32,000 bases of DNA from a bacterium (GCA_963675755.2 CAXXMD010000003.1:897930-929929); one strand, 5' to 3'. Positions 1 through 10,070 are shown, counted from the first letter of the stretch. Made by a program: numbers and translations. Notes: generated from the letters alone by a model not told the origin.

Positions 1-526
1 CCCATGTATCATCATCTGTCATTATTGGATTATATATGAACGCGTTGTTTTCAATCTCGTTAAAAAACGAATGAAACGCTGCCGTATCCTGCTTTCTATT
101 GGCATAGATCAGTCTTACCTGCTTGTTAAACGCATTATTTTCCAATAATTCTGTAATTATGCTCTTGAATGGTGTTATACCAATGCCCCCTGCAATAAAT
201 ACAGAGGGTTTATCAGCATTATATACCATATTTCCCATGGGTCCCATAAATTCAAGTTCGGTATCCGGAGGGAGATCTATTATGGTTTTCTTGAATCCGC
301 TTTCACTCAAACGGGTAGCAATACGAAGAACCGAATCTGCAGGTGACGACACAATGGTAAAGGTCCTGCGTGGACCTTTTTTATCATCGTACAGCAATTG
401 CGGTAATTTTATATTAATATGCTGACCCGCTTGAAAACAAAAAGATTCAGGACGTTTGAAATTCAGTTCTATAGTTTTTTCAGCAATCGTTGTTGTAGAG
501 ATCAAATATGTAGTATAGCTGTTCAT
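1..526 (-). CDS. FAD/NAD(P)-binding oxidoreductase of the ferredoxin-reductase (FNR) family. Only the N-terminal part is present; the gene runs off the left edge.
   Basis: It is absent from the ORF track because there is no stop in the window. The reverse complement from the ATG at 526 reads MNSYTTYLISTTTIAEKTIELNFKRPESFCFQAGQHINIKL...GPRRTFTIVSSP...KPSVFIAGGIGITPFKSI... and stays open to position 1. The R-x-F-T-x-x-S FAD motif and the GGxGxTP NAD(P) motif are FNR-family hallmarks. It starts 18 nt after the rnr stop. Confidence 0.7.
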   Translation of the reverse strand, partial: MNSYTTYLISTTTIAEKTIELNFKRPESFCFQAGQHINIKLPQLLYDDKKGPRRTFTIVSSPADSVLRIATRLSESGFKKTIIDLPPDTELEFMGPMGNMVYNADKPSVFIAGGIGITPFKSIITELLENNAFNKQVRLIYANRKQDTAAFHSFFNEIENNAFIYNPIMTDDDTW

Positions 527-544
527 AGTTTGCTCAAAAATAAT

Positions 545-2632
545 TTATACCAAAACAAAATCAATAATTCGTTCATTCCTGTCAACATGGCTCACACGGA
601 TATTAACCTTGTCACCCAGTTTATATGACTTGCCAGAGGCCCTGCCAACAAATTTATATTTTTTCTCATCCAGAACGTAATAATCGTCCATCGTTTTAAC
701 ATGTACCAATCCATCAACCAACAATTCCGGAATTTCAACAAAAAAGCCAAAAGGCAGCAAGCGTGTAATAAAACCGGAAAACTCGGAACCTAAATGCCGC
801 TCCATAAACTCGGTCTGTTTGAGTTTGACAGAAGCCCGTTCTGCCTCAACGGCCTGAACTTCTCTATCTGAACACATTACACACAATCGTTGTAATTCTT
901 TTTGATTGATAAACGGTTCCTGCCTGACTGCATAGCGTTTCAAAAGGCGATGCACCAACAAATCCGGATATCTTCGAATAGGAGAGGTAAAATGTGTATA
1001 AAAAGAATAGGCAAGTCCAAAATGACCCACATTCTTTGTACTGTACTGAGCCTTCATCATGGATCGGATCAGGCTGTCCTGCAAAATCACCGCGGACTGG
1101 TTCTTTTTAAACATTTCCGATAGTTTTTGAAAAAACTGTGGAGTAATTTTTTTTGGAGGTTTTGTATTGTATCCAAAAGCTTTGATCAAATTGATCAACT
1201 CTGTTATCTTTTCCTCGCTGGGAACATCGTGAATCCTGTAAACAAAAGGAAGCGTATTGCCTGTTTCCTGCTTAATCTTTTCACCTACAAAGCTTGCAAC
1301 GGTTTCATTGGCAAGCAGCATAAACTCTTCAATTAAACGATGCGCGTCCAACCGCTCACGACGACGAATACTCGTGGGGTGACCCTGCTCATCCAAATCG
1401 ATATAGATTTCCAGGCTGTCAAAATCGACACCGCCACGTTTGTCACGTTTTACAAGCAACTTTTTATAGACGGCATACATATCTTTTAATACCGGTGCCA
1501 GGTCGCTTTCCAGCTTGCCATCCATAATATGCTGAGCCTGCTGATAAGTCAGCCGTTTGTGACTGTGGATTACAGATTCTTTGATCTCAAAAGAGACCAT
1601 ATCCGCGTTGGGCCGTAGCTCCATCATAACACTGTAGCACAAACGATCTTTACCCTCAACTAGACTGCAAAGATGATTCGAGATTCGCTCCGGCAGCATG
1701 GGAATAACCCGGTCTACTAGGTATACCGATGTGCCTCTTTCCAAAGCTTCACGATCCAGATCGCTTTTAGGTTGTACATAATAGCTCACGTCAGCAATGT
1801 GCACACCCAGAAGCACATTACCGTTTTCAAGACGTTTTAAAGAAATTGCATCATCAAAATCTTTGGCATCTTCCGGATCAATGGTAAACACGATTTCATT
1901 ACGCAGATCAAGACGACGTTCCAGCTCTTCTGTTGGTATATCATCCGGTATTTTCTCAGCATCTGCCATAATCTTGTCCGGAAATGTTTCGGATAGATTA
2001 TAATGATGAACCAGCGATAAAATATCAACGCCAGCCTTGTCCGGGGGTCCCAAAATTTCTACAATTTTACCGGCAGGATTAAGCTGATGGTGTTCCCACT
2101 CGGCTATTGTGACCACCACTTTTTCACCATCTTGAGCGCCTTGTTCCTCACCATGGGCAATAACAATATCACGGTTGAATTTCAGATCATCGGGAACAAC
2201 ATAGCTGTAATACTTGCCCTGTATAAACGTACCCACAATTTTATTATGCACACGTTCTATAACTTTGGTTATCATTCCTTCAGGACTTTTGCCCCGTGAT
2301 GTAGCAAAAAGCCTGACCTGCACAACATCGTTGTGCAGCGCCAGGCTCATATTTTTTTGGCTTATAAAAATATCTTCACCATCTTCACGGCTTACAAAAC
2401 CATATCCCTGAGAATTTACATGTAGTTTTCCAACTATTTCCGCATTGGCCGACGCCAGAGCAAACTTGTTCTTTTTAAGCTTTATCAGTTGGCCTTCACG
2501 AACCAGCTGACGCAAAGCATCGCGTAACTGCATGTATTTATGTTTGGGTATGTTTAATTTTCTTGAAATATCTTTGGTTTTGTACATACCCGATGGATTA
2601 GATTTAAAAAAATCTAGAATGTTTTTTTGCAA
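545..2632 (-). CDS. rnr: Ribonuclease R (3'-5' exoribonuclease; N-terminal HTH, cold-shock, RNB and C-terminal S1 domains)
   Basis: 695-aa ORF. The N-terminus is HTH-like (ILDFFKSNPSGMYKTKDISRKLNI), followed by a cold-shock-like GYGFV, an RNB core (FTIDPEDAKDFDDAISL, PMLPERISNHLCSLVEG, YTHFTSPIRRYPDLLVHR) and a C-terminal S1 fold (FSGFITRLLPFGFFVEI). The start codon is TTG at 2632 (complement of caa at 2630-2632). Confidence 0.9.
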   Translation of the reverse strand: MQKNILDFFKSNPSGMYKTKDISRKLNIPKHKYMQLRDALRQLVREGQLIKLKKNKFALASANAEIVGKLHVNSQGYGFVSREDGEDIFISQKNMSLALHNDVVQVRLFATSRGKSPEGMITKVIERVHNKIVGTFIQGKYYSYVVPDDLKFNRDIVIAHGEEQGAQDGEKVVVTIAEWEHHQLNPAGKIVEILGPPDKAGVDILSLVHHYNLSETFPDKIMADAEKIPDDIPTEELERRLDLRNEIVFTIDPEDAKDFDDAISLKRLENGNVLLGVHIADVSYYVQPKSDLDREALERGTSVYLVDRVIPMLPERISNHLCSLVEGKDRLCYSVMMELRPNADMVSFEIKESVIHSHKRLTYQQAQHIMDGKLESDLAPVLKDMYAVYKKLLVKRDKRGGVDFDSLEIYIDLDEQGHPTSIRRRERLDAHRLIEEFMLLANETVASFVGEKIKQETGNTLPFVYRIHDVPSEEKITELINLIKAFGYNTKPPKKITPQFFQKLSEMFKKNQSAVILQDSLIRSMMKAQYSTKNVGHFGLAYSFYTHFTSPIRRYPDLLVHRLLKRYAVRQEPFINQKELQRLCVMCSDREVQAVEAERASVKLKQTEFMERHLGSEFSGFITRLLPFGFFVEIPELLVDGLVHVKTMDDYYVLDEKKYKFVGRASGKSYKLGDKVNIRVSHVDRNERIIDFVLV

Positions 2633-2642
2633 TATAACCTGC

Positions 2643-3305
2643 TTATCTCCTGAAGCGAGTATTTGTTTTTACTTCTTCAAGGTATTTAGTCCAGGCAGAT
2701 TCAGGATATTTTTCAATAAAATATTCTTCAACAGGTCCTACATTCAAAACTGTGCCATCAACCAGCTTGTAATCTGTAAATGTTGGTTTAACGACATACT
2801 TTGTTTGACCTGTACTGCCACTCATTTTATCTAATTTAAATACAGTATGCTGCAACGATTGAATTCTACCTTTGGGTTCAAAAGGAAAATATTGTGCAGT
2901 AAACTGAACGGGAGATTCGGCATTCTCAACACGGTATGGATCGGTTGATAAACGCAGACGATTGGTAACAGTAATAGCGCGACTGGGACGACCAATTATA
3001 CCACGAACACCCTTGATTGCATATTCACCCATGGGTACATCTGCAAGAGCAAAGTATCCTTCTTCATCGGATTTGGTCCAGATACCCAGTTCTTTACCAT
3101 CATTTGTCTTGCCCACAATGGCTACTTCCAAACCACCGAATGTTACACCTGTTTCGTCAGAATAGTAATCATCTTCAACGATAATTTGACCAATAACCAG
3201 CATGGTATTTTCTGAAGTAGGTTCCTTGAATACACCCAAAGTAGAGGCGCAACCCAGGCCCAGCATCATGGCCGCAATAACCAGTAAAAGCGTTACTCTT
3301 TTCAT
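2643..3305 (-). CDS. Hypothetical lipoprotein, possibly with a carboxypeptidase-regulatory-like beta-sandwich
   Basis: 220-aa ORF with an ATG start preceded by GGGAG. It has a signal peptide with a lipobox (MKRVTLLLVIAAMMLGLG-C-AS). The segment EEGYFALADVPMGEYAIKG resembles CarboxypepD_reg-type folds. I recognise no catalytic motif. Confidence 0.6.
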   Translation of the reverse strand: MKRVTLLLVIAAMMLGLGCASTLGVFKEPTSENTMLVIGQIIVEDDYYSDETGVTFGGLEVAIVGKTNDGKELGIWTKSDEEGYFALADVPMGEYAIKGVRGIIGRPSRAITVTNRLRLSTDPYRVENAESPVQFTAQYFPFEPKGRIQSLQHTVFKLDKMSGSTGQTKYVVKPTFTDYKLVDGTVLNVGPVEEYFIEKYPESAWTKYLEEVKTNTRFRR

Positions 3306-3320
3306 TTTTCACTCCCTGAA

Positions 3321-4700
3321 TTAAAATTCAAAATCACTGTCAGTAAATTCAACTGCAGAATAATTTGACAATTTTTCTTTAAATAAATTCACAATTTCTG
3401 TTAATCTCTGTTTTGTTTTGGCTTCAAAGCGCAGAACCAATGTAGGTTCAGTGTTCGATGCCCTAACCAGGCCCCAGCCATCACCAAATTCTACACGTGC
3501 GCCATCAATATCGATGGTTTCATACTCTTTACTGAAATCCTGAACAAGCCCTTTAACAACATCAAACTTGGCTTCATCCGAACATTCTACACGAATTTCA
3601 GGAGTCGATTCAAAAGACGGAATCTCTGCAACAAGTTCAGAAAATGTTTTATCAGTGTTTGTAAGAATCTCCAACAACCGGCCAGAGGCATAAATACCAT
3701 CATCAAATCCATAAAAATCGTCAGCAAAAAATATATGGCCCGATAATTCACCAGCAAAAGGTGCTTTGGTTTCTTTCATTTTTGCTTTCATGATGGAATG
3801 CCCGGTTTGCCACATGAGCGGTTTGCCGCCATGTTTTTTTATCATTTCAGGAACAGCTTGAGAACATTTCACATCAAAAATTATTTGTGAATTGGGTTTA
3901 CGCTTCAAGACATCAATACTGAACAATGTTAAAAGTGTATCCGCATAAATCAAATTTCCTTTTTCATCAACAGCACCAACCCGATCAGAATCACCATCAT
4001 ACGCCAGGCCTACATCTGCACCCTCTTTTACTACCAGATCACAAAGATCTTTCATATATTTCGGCACAGCAGGGTCAGGCAAGTGATTGGGGAAATTACC
4101 ATCCGGTTCACAATACAGTGGAATCACTTCCATACCCAATTCTTTCCACAAATCCGGTGCAATAGGTCCGGCAGTTGCATTACCAGCATCGATAACAATT
4201 TTGAGTGACTTTTTAAAATTAAATTTAGATTTCAGCATCTCCAAATAATCCGGCATTACATCTACCTGAGTAATGTTACCGGGTTCTGCCGTTACAAAAT
4301 CCTCTTCAAGAATTATACGTTTAATTTCCTGAATATCCTCACCAAAAACACTACCAATACCTTCACACATTTTAAAACCATTATAAGCAATAGGATTATG
4401 GCTTCCTGTAATCATTACGCCACCATCACTATTTAAATGTACGATAGAAAAGTAAAGTGTAGGAGTTGTTACTTGTCCAATTTCAATTACATCCAGTCCG
4501 GTTGAAGTAACACCCTGAATATACAAATTTGCTAAATGTGGAGAAGAAACACGCAAATCATAGCCCACATTCACTGTCTTGAGACCACGTCTACTCATTA
4601 ATGTACCATAGCCTTTTCCTAGATTTAATACCACATCATCAGGCAGATGGGTTTCAACAATACCTCGAATATCGTATTGCCGAAAAATACTAACGTTCAT
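3321..4700 (-). CDS. Phosphomannomutase/phosphoglucomutase (alpha-D-phosphohexomutase superfamily)
   Basis: 459 aa. All four family motifs are present: the phosphoserine loop ITGSHNP, the Mg loop DGDSDR, the sugar loop GELSGH and the phosphate loop RASNTEP. A GAGGAG RBS lies 7 nt upstream of the ATG. Confidence 0.88.
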   Translation of the reverse strand: MNVSIFRQYDIRGIVETHLPDDVVLNLGKGYGTLMSRRGLKTVNVGYDLRVSSPHLANLYIQGVTSTGLDVIEIGQVTTPTLYFSIVHLNSDGGVMITGSHNPIAYNGFKMCEGIGSVFGEDIQEIKRIILEEDFVTAEPGNITQVDVMPDYLEMLKSKFNFKKSLKIVIDAGNATAGPIAPDLWKELGMEVIPLYCEPDGNFPNHLPDPAVPKYMKDLCDLVVKEGADVGLAYDGDSDRVGAVDEKGNLIYADTLLTLFSIDVLKRKPNSQIIFDVKCSQAVPEMIKKHGGKPLMWQTGHSIMKAKMKETKAPFAGELSGHIFFADDFYGFDDGIYASGRLLEILTNTDKTFSELVAEIPSFESTPEIRVECSDEAKFDVVKGLVQDFSKEYETIDIDGARVEFGDGWGLVRASNTEPTLVLRFEAKTKQRLTEIVNLFKEKLSNYSAVEFTDSDFEF

Positions 4701-4714
4701 GAAAATGATCTCCT

Positions 4715-5599
4715 CTATTTTTTCAATTCAATAATCCGGTCTTTATCGGCCAAATCTTTATGTACATGGCACTCTGAAAATCCATGAGAGCTATATAAAT
4801 CTATCAATACATTAGCCTGCGTCTCTCCGATCTCAAAAAAGAGTGTGCCGTTTTCTTTTAACAGGCTTTTTGAAATTTCTAAAAATTGTTTATAAAAATC
4901 AAGCCCTTCCTCACCGGCAAGTAAAGCAATTTCCGGCTCAAAATGCTTAATTTCAAGTGGTAAATTATCAAATTCGGTGCGAGACACATATGGCGGATTT
5001 GAAACTATAACATCAAAATACAGATTATATTCCATAGGCCAGGGCTTTAAAGCATCGTGATGTAAAAACGTAACCCTGTCCGCAACACCCAGCAATTCCG
5101 CGTTTTCTTTGGCAATTACAATAGCGTCCTGAGAAATATCTGTTGTTACAATTGTTAAATCAGGGGCCATACTTGCCAGAGACAAAGGTATATTGCCGGA
5201 ACCGGTACCTACATCCAGTACTGAACAGGGATGGTCAAACTGCCCTGTTAATTCAAGCACCTTATCTACAAGCAATTCAGTTTCAGGTCGGGGAACCAAC
5301 ACACCGGGCCTCACTTTGAAAGGCAGCCCCATAAACTCGGCTTCCCCCAGAACGTATTGCAACGGCTCATGAGCCGTTCGTCTTTTTAATAATATTTTGA
5401 AATTCGCCAGTTCTTCAGGCGTCAAGGGACGGTCAAAATTCAAATACAGATCAACCCGTTTAAAACCCAGCACATGGGCCAGCATCATTTCCACATTTAG
5501 ACGACTATTCTCAAACTCTTTTTCTTCAAGATACTGGGTAGTCCAGTTTAACAACTCGAGAACAGTCCAACGTTTTTTTTTCGGGTCAGTTGTGGACAC
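4715..5599 (-). CDS. prmC: Release-factor glutamine N5-methyltransferase
   Basis: 294 aa. It has a SAM-binding VLDVGTGSG and the catalytic NPPY (VSNPPYV). It sits 4 nt after the prfA stop, which is the classic prfA-prmC pairing. The start is GTG at 5599. Confidence 0.9.
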   Translation of the reverse strand: MSTTDPKKKRWTVLELLNWTTQYLEEKEFENSRLNVEMMLAHVLGFKRVDLYLNFDRPLTPEELANFKILLKRRTAHEPLQYVLGEAEFMGLPFKVRPGVLVPRPETELLVDKVLELTGQFDHPCSVLDVGTGSGNIPLSLASMAPDLTIVTTDISQDAIVIAKENAELLGVADRVTFLHHDALKPWPMEYNLYFDVIVSNPPYVSRTEFDNLPLEIKHFEPEIALLAGEEGLDFYKQFLEISKSLLKENGTLFFEIGETQANVLIDLYSSHGFSECHVHKDLADKDRIIELKK

Positions 5600-5603
5600 G
5601 GAA

Positions 5604-6668
5604 TCAATCCAGATGTTTTAATTTCTCGGTTCGTTCAGCAATTTTTAACTGCTCAATCACTTCACTCAAATCACCCTGCAGAATTTCTTCAAGACGGTAT
5701 AATGTTAAACCAATTCGATGGTCTGTAACCCGGCCTTGAGGAAAATTATAAGTTCTGATCTTTGCGCTGCGGTCACCGGTACTTACCATAGAACGACGTT
5801 CCTGACTAAGCTTGTCCTGTTCTTCCTGGAGGGCTTTTTCATATAATCTTGAACGCAAAACCTTGAGCGCTTTGGCGCGGTTTTTATGTTGAGACTTTTC
5901 ATCCTGACAGGTCACAACCATACCGGTGGGTATATGTGTAATTCGTACCGCGGAATCCGTTGTATTTACACTTTGGCCGCCAGGACCAGAAGATCTGTAA
6001 ACATCTATACGTAAATCATTGGCAGCAATTTGAACATCTATTTCTTCAGCTTCGGGCAGCACAGCTACCGTTGCCGCAGAGGTATGTATACGCCCACTGG
6101 TTTCAGTGTCCGGCACACGCTGCACCCGATGCACACCCGCTTCATATTTCATATAGCCGTAAACATCCTGTCCGCTGAGAGAAAAAATGATTTCACGAAA
6201 ACCACCAATACCTTGTGGATTCGAGTTCATGATATCAATCTTCCATTTGTTCCGCTCGGCGTATTTCTGGTACATTCTGTACAGATCACCAGCAAAAAGA
6301 CCCGCTTCATCGCCACCAGTACCTGCCCTGATTTCAATCACGGCATTACGGGCATCCTGTGGGTCTTTGGGAATCAGCATAATACGGAGCTGTTCTTCAA
6401 GCGCAGTCTTGGTTTCTTCCAGTTCAGCCAATTCTGCCTCTGCAAGCTCACGCATTTCATCATCAGATTCCTGCAGCAGTTCTTTGGCGCCGTCAATATC
6501 TTCAATTATTTTTTTGTAATTTTTGTATTCTCGGACAATGGGAGCAAGGTCACTTTCTTCCTTTGCCACTTCGCGGTAAACATTGGGGTTACTGGCAACC
6601 TCGGGGTCACCCATTCTTTGTTCCAACTCGGAATACCGGTCTACAAGATTTTCTAATTTGTCTAACAC
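5604..6668 (-). CDS. prfA: Peptide chain release factor 1
   Basis: 354 aa. It has the GGQ motif (SGPGGQSVNTTDSAVRITHIPTG) and the RF1-type PxT tripeptide (RVPDTETSGRIHTS). The start is GTG at 6668. Confidence 0.95.
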   Translation of the reverse strand: MLDKLENLVDRYSELEQRMGDPEVASNPNVYREVAKEESDLAPIVREYKNYKKIIEDIDGAKELLQESDDEMRELAEAELAELEETKTALEEQLRIMLIPKDPQDARNAVIEIRAGTGGDEAGLFAGDLYRMYQKYAERNKWKIDIMNSNPQGIGGFREIIFSLSGQDVYGYMKYEAGVHRVQRVPDTETSGRIHTSAATVAVLPEAEEIDVQIAANDLRIDVYRSSGPGGQSVNTTDSAVRITHIPTGMVVTCQDEKSQHKNRAKALKVLRSRLYEKALQEEQDKLSQERRSMVSTGDRSAKIRTYNFPQGRVTDHRIGLTLYRLEEILQGDLSEVIEQLKIAERTEKLKHLD

Positions 6669-6691
6669 GTATTATTCCATTTAATTAAACC

Positions 6692-6742
6692 AAAAAAAAA
6701 ACGGAATAATACCCGTGCAAAACAGGTATAATATTCCGTTTT
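6692..6742 (-). terminator. Intrinsic (rho-independent) terminator after rpmE; symmetric (A-tract / stem / T-tract)
   Basis: The minus-strand RNA reads AACGGAAUAuUAUACC-(loop UGUUUUGCAC)-GGGUAUuAUUCCGU followed by U9. That gives an 8 bp + 5 bp stem with a small bulge. It starts 17 nt after the rpmE stop. Confidence 0.8.
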
Positions 6743-6758
6743 TTTCAAGTGAATATAT

Positions 6759-6980
6759 TTACTTGGCCGCTTGCTGCTTGTTGTAATTTCCATATTTTTT
6801 ACGGAATTTATCAACTCGTCCTGCGGTATCAACCAATTTTTGCTTACCGGTAAAAAATGGATGACATTCGGAACAAATTTCCACCTGTATATCACCTACG
6901 GTAGAACGAGTTTGAAATGTATTCCCACATGCACAAGAGACCGTACATATTTCGTATTGGGGATGTATTTCTGGTTTCAA
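6759..6980 (-). CDS. rpmE: 50S ribosomal protein L31 (Zn-ribbon type)
   Basis: [63 protein letters not shown] is canonical L31 with the CxC...CxxC cysteines. The ORF track starts at a TTG at 7001. However, an AGGAGG (complement at 6987-6992) lies 6 nt upstream of the TTG at 6980, which gives the family-typical N-terminus M-KPEIHP. Confidence 0.9.
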   Translation of the reverse strand: MKPEIHPQYEICTVSCACGNTFQTRSTVGDIQVEICSECHPFFTGKQKLVDTAGRVDKFRKKYGNYNKQQAAK

Positions 6981-7067
6981 AACTAACCTCCTGGTCAACA
7001 AAACGCTAAATTTCTTTTTACAGAAGATAAAGTTATATAAAAAAAATCAAAAAAGCAAGAAAAAATC

Positions 7068-8315
7068 TTACATACTCATTGAATCAAGGAAAATTTTATT
7101 AGCTTTTGTTCCCTGCATTTTGCCCAGCATGAATTCCATCGCCTCTACCGGTGTCAATTCAGCCAGTAATTTACGAAGGATCCAAACACGGTTCAATTCT
7201 TTATCCGGCAGCAGTAATTCTTCCTTACGGGTGCTTGAACGGTTCACATCAATTGCCGGGAAGATACGACGATCAGACAAACGACGATCCAATACAAGCT
7301 CCATGTTACCGGTACCTTTAAATTCTTCAAAAATAACTTCATCCATACGGCTACCGGTATCGATTAATGCAGTAGCGATGATGGTCAAACTTCCACCTTC
7401 TTCTATGTTACGTGCAGCACCAAAGAAGCGTTTCGGTCTATGCAGTGCGTTTGCATCCACACCACCTGAAAGGATTTTGCCACTATGAGGTACAACCGCA
7501 TTGTGCGCACGGGCCAAACGGGTAATACTGTCCAGCAGAATAACAACGTCCTGACCGTATTCAATGAGACGTTTTGATTTCTCAAGCACCATATCCGCAA
7601 CCTGAACATGTCGTTCTGCAGGCTCATCAAATGTTGAACTGACCACTTCGGCGTTCACTGAACGTTCCATATCGGTTACTTCTTCAGGACGTTCATCGAT
7701 CAGCAATACAATCAGTTTGACTTCGGGATGATTTTTTGAAATGGCGTTGGCAATTTTCTGCAAAAGGATGGTTTTACCGGTTTTGGGCTGAGCTACAATA
7801 AGACCACGCTGTCCCTTACCAATTGGCGTAAGCAGATTCATGATACGCATTGAATACTCACGGGGAGTGGATTCAAGATCAATCCGCTCTTCCGGATACA
7901 GTGGTGTAAGATTGTCGAACAGGATCTTTGATTTAGCTTCTTCAGGATTTTCAAAGTTGATAGCTTCAACCTTGAGCAACGCGAAAAAACGCTCGTTTTC
8001 TTTTGGGGGCCGTATCTGACCTGAAATTGTGTCACCGGTCCTCATTCCAAAACGTTTGATTTGAGACGGTGATACATAAATATCATCCGGACCGGGCAGA
8101 TAATTGAATCCCGGAGAACGCAAAAAACCGTATCCATCAGGTAAAACTTCTAATACACCTTCGCCAAAAATCAAACCTTCTTTTTTGGTTTGTTCTTCCA
8201 AAATTTTAAAGATCAGCTCGGCCTTTTTCAAACCCGTAATGCCTGATACACCAAGCTCCTGGGCCATTTGTGTCAATTCAGCAATCTTTAACACTTTGAG
8301 TTCAGCAATGTCCAT
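7068..8315 (-). CDS. rho: Transcription termination factor Rho
   Basis: 415 aa. It has a Rho_N helix bundle ([15 protein letters not shown]), a cold-shock-like RNA-binding domain ([12 protein letters not shown]), a Walker A (AQPKTGKT) and a RecA-type ATPase core. The ATG is preceded by GAGGAG. Confidence 0.96.
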   Translation of the reverse strand: MDIAELKVLKIAELTQMAQELGVSGITGLKKAELIFKILEEQTKKEGLIFGEGVLEVLPDGYGFLRSPGFNYLPGPDDIYVSPSQIKRFGMRTGDTISGQIRPPKENERFFALLKVEAINFENPEEAKSKILFDNLTPLYPEERIDLESTPREYSMRIMNLLTPIGKGQRGLIVAQPKTGKTILLQKIANAISKNHPEVKLIVLLIDERPEEVTDMERSVNAEVVSSTFDEPAERHVQVADMVLEKSKRLIEYGQDVVILLDSITRLARAHNAVVPHSGKILSGGVDANALHRPKRFFGAARNIEEGGSLTIIATALIDTGSRMDEVIFEEFKGTGNMELVLDRRLSDRRIFPAIDVNRSSTRKEELLLPDKELNRVWILRKLLAELTPVEAMEFMLGKMQGTKANKIFLDSMSM

Positions 8316-8782
8316 GAATCTCCTCTTAATTTATTTGGTTCTAAACATTAATTTCAATTATTCCTGATTTGAATTTAATTGATGGCAAGTCTTTTATCAG
8401 AATAGACAAACAGTTGTCCCCTGTTTATATGCCGATATGTTCCCTGTAAAAAATCAGGATGCTTTTTATTTTTATTAATTGTACTACCAGAGTAGAATTA
8501 TTTTTTTGGTTATGTAATTTCAAATATTTAATATCTTGTAAACAGCGTCATTCTAATTGACAAACCTGTTTATTCCACATGCGTTCTTTGAGTTCGTTAT
8601 AATCAAAATACCAGTCTAATTCAGGCTATTCTTTATGACCCCTAATTTCACTCTTTTTTGTTTTCAATATCAATATTCAGCAAAATGTCAATTAACTTAA
8701 CCATGTAGCATAAAGGAGAATTATCTGGAGTGTTAATATCCATGAGGTAATGAAGATTACAGCTAAAATTATAAATTTTTTT

Positions 8783-10063
8783 TCAGCTTGTCAAGCTATT
8801 TATTATTTTTAATACTTTTCCTGCAACATAATGCGAACCGGTTATACAATACATTTTTTCTGCATTATGATCAGAGAATATTAGCTGCAATGCTTTTTCG
8901 ATAGATAAAACCTCCACAGGTATTTTATATAACATCAGTTTTTCAACAATCATTTCACTTTTTATAGCTCTTTTTGAATCTGGTGGAACAACATAAACCA
9001 GATCAGCTGAGCCCGCTAATGATTTGCAGATTCCATCTACATCCTTGTCTGCCAGCAAGCCCATTACAAAAGTCTTGAAAAATTGTGGATACACATCATT
9101 CACAACCTGGACCAATTCAACAAATGCGCTTTTATTATGAGCCACATCAAGAATTACCGGAGGATGTTTTCTGAGCAATTGAAATCGGCCGCTCCAGTCT
9201 GCTGTTTGCAGACCGGATACAAGCTGACTGTCGGTAATTTTAACAAAGAATTCACTGATTCGAAATGAAGCGGCTACAATACCTGCATTGCGCGCAAATT
9301 GGGGTCCCGGAAATGGTATTTGCAAAGAAATCGCTTTATTTTCACTATTTCGTATTGCAAACTTTGTTCCATTTTCATCAGTAACAACAGATTCTATTGA
9401 ATAAATCTCATTTGCGCGGTACATTTTGCTGCTTTTCTGCTTACAAATCACTTGAATAACCTGTTCAGCTTTGCGGGGTAATTCTCCAATAATACAGGGC
9501 ACATTCTTTTTAACAATCCCAGCTTTAACCTCTGCAATTTCTTCAATGCTGTTTCCTAAAAAGTCAGTATGCTCTAAATCAATGCTGGTAATAACAGACA
9601 ACAACGGCGACACAACATTTGTTGCATCATCTCTGCCGCCCAGACCAGTTTCCAGAACAACCATATCCACCTGATTTTGAGCAAAATACATGAATGCCAA
9701 TGCTGTCAAAGATTCAAAGAACGTGGTTCCCGCCGCCTCTATGTGGGGACGCATGGTATTAACCAGAGACAAAAAATCATCACGGGATATCATTTCGCCA
9801 TTAATTCGTATCGTTTCCCGCACATCTATTAAATGCGGAGAAGTAAACAGTCCGGTTTTATAACCCGCCTGTCGCAATACAGACTCGTACATGGCTGCGG
9901 TAGTACTTTTGCCATTAGTGCCCGCTATATGAATAAATGCTGTTTTTTCGTGTGGATTATTCAGCAGTTCTAACAAATTCTCAATCCGCTCAAGGCCAAG
10001 CTGCCAGCCAGCACCCTGCAGATCCAGCATATAGTGTAATGCCTGCTGATAATCGCTGTACAT
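8783..10063 (-). CDS. folC: Bifunctional folylpolyglutamate synthase / dihydrofolate synthase (Mur-ligase family)
   Basis: 426 aa. The N-terminus LGLERIENLLELLNNPHEKTAFIHIAGTNGKSTT (P-loop) and the FTSPHL motif are typical of FolC. The ATG lies 7 nt after the upstream stop, with a GAGGG RBS. Confidence 0.85.
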   Translation of the reverse strand: MYSDYQQALHYMLDLQGAGWQLGLERIENLLELLNNPHEKTAFIHIAGTNGKSTTAAMYESVLRQAGYKTGLFTSPHLIDVRETIRINGEMISRDDFLSLVNTMRPHIEAAGTTFFESLTALAFMYFAQNQVDMVVLETGLGGRDDATNVVSPLLSVITSIDLEHTDFLGNSIEEIAEVKAGIVKKNVPCIIGELPRKAEQVIQVICKQKSSKMYRANEIYSIESVVTDENGTKFAIRNSENKAISLQIPFPGPQFARNAGIVAASFRISEFFVKITDSQLVSGLQTADWSGRFQLLRKHPPVILDVAHNKSAFVELVQVVNDVYPQFFKTFVMGLLADKDVDGICKSLAGSADLVYVVPPDSKRAIKSEMIVEKLMLYKIPVEVLSIEKALQLIFSDHNAEKMYCITGSHYVAGKVLKIINSLTS

Positions 10064-10070
10064 ATCCCTC

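Noticed and set aside
5573-5581. An A9 run in the mRNA (T9 on the plus strand) at codons 7-9 of prmC (P-K-K-K) could be a second slippage site.
   Set aside because: Unlike the dnaX tract, the alternative frames do not terminate promptly, and the position at the extreme N-terminus gives no sensible alternative product. It is most likely just Lys codons in an AT-rich genome.
8648-8743. A 31-aa ATG ORF (MDINTPDNSPLCYMVKLIDILLNIDIENKKE) in the rho upstream region could be a leader peptide.
   Set aside because: It has no Shine-Dalgarno sequence and no regulatory codon run, and its position relative to any promoter is unknown. It cannot be supported from sequence alone.
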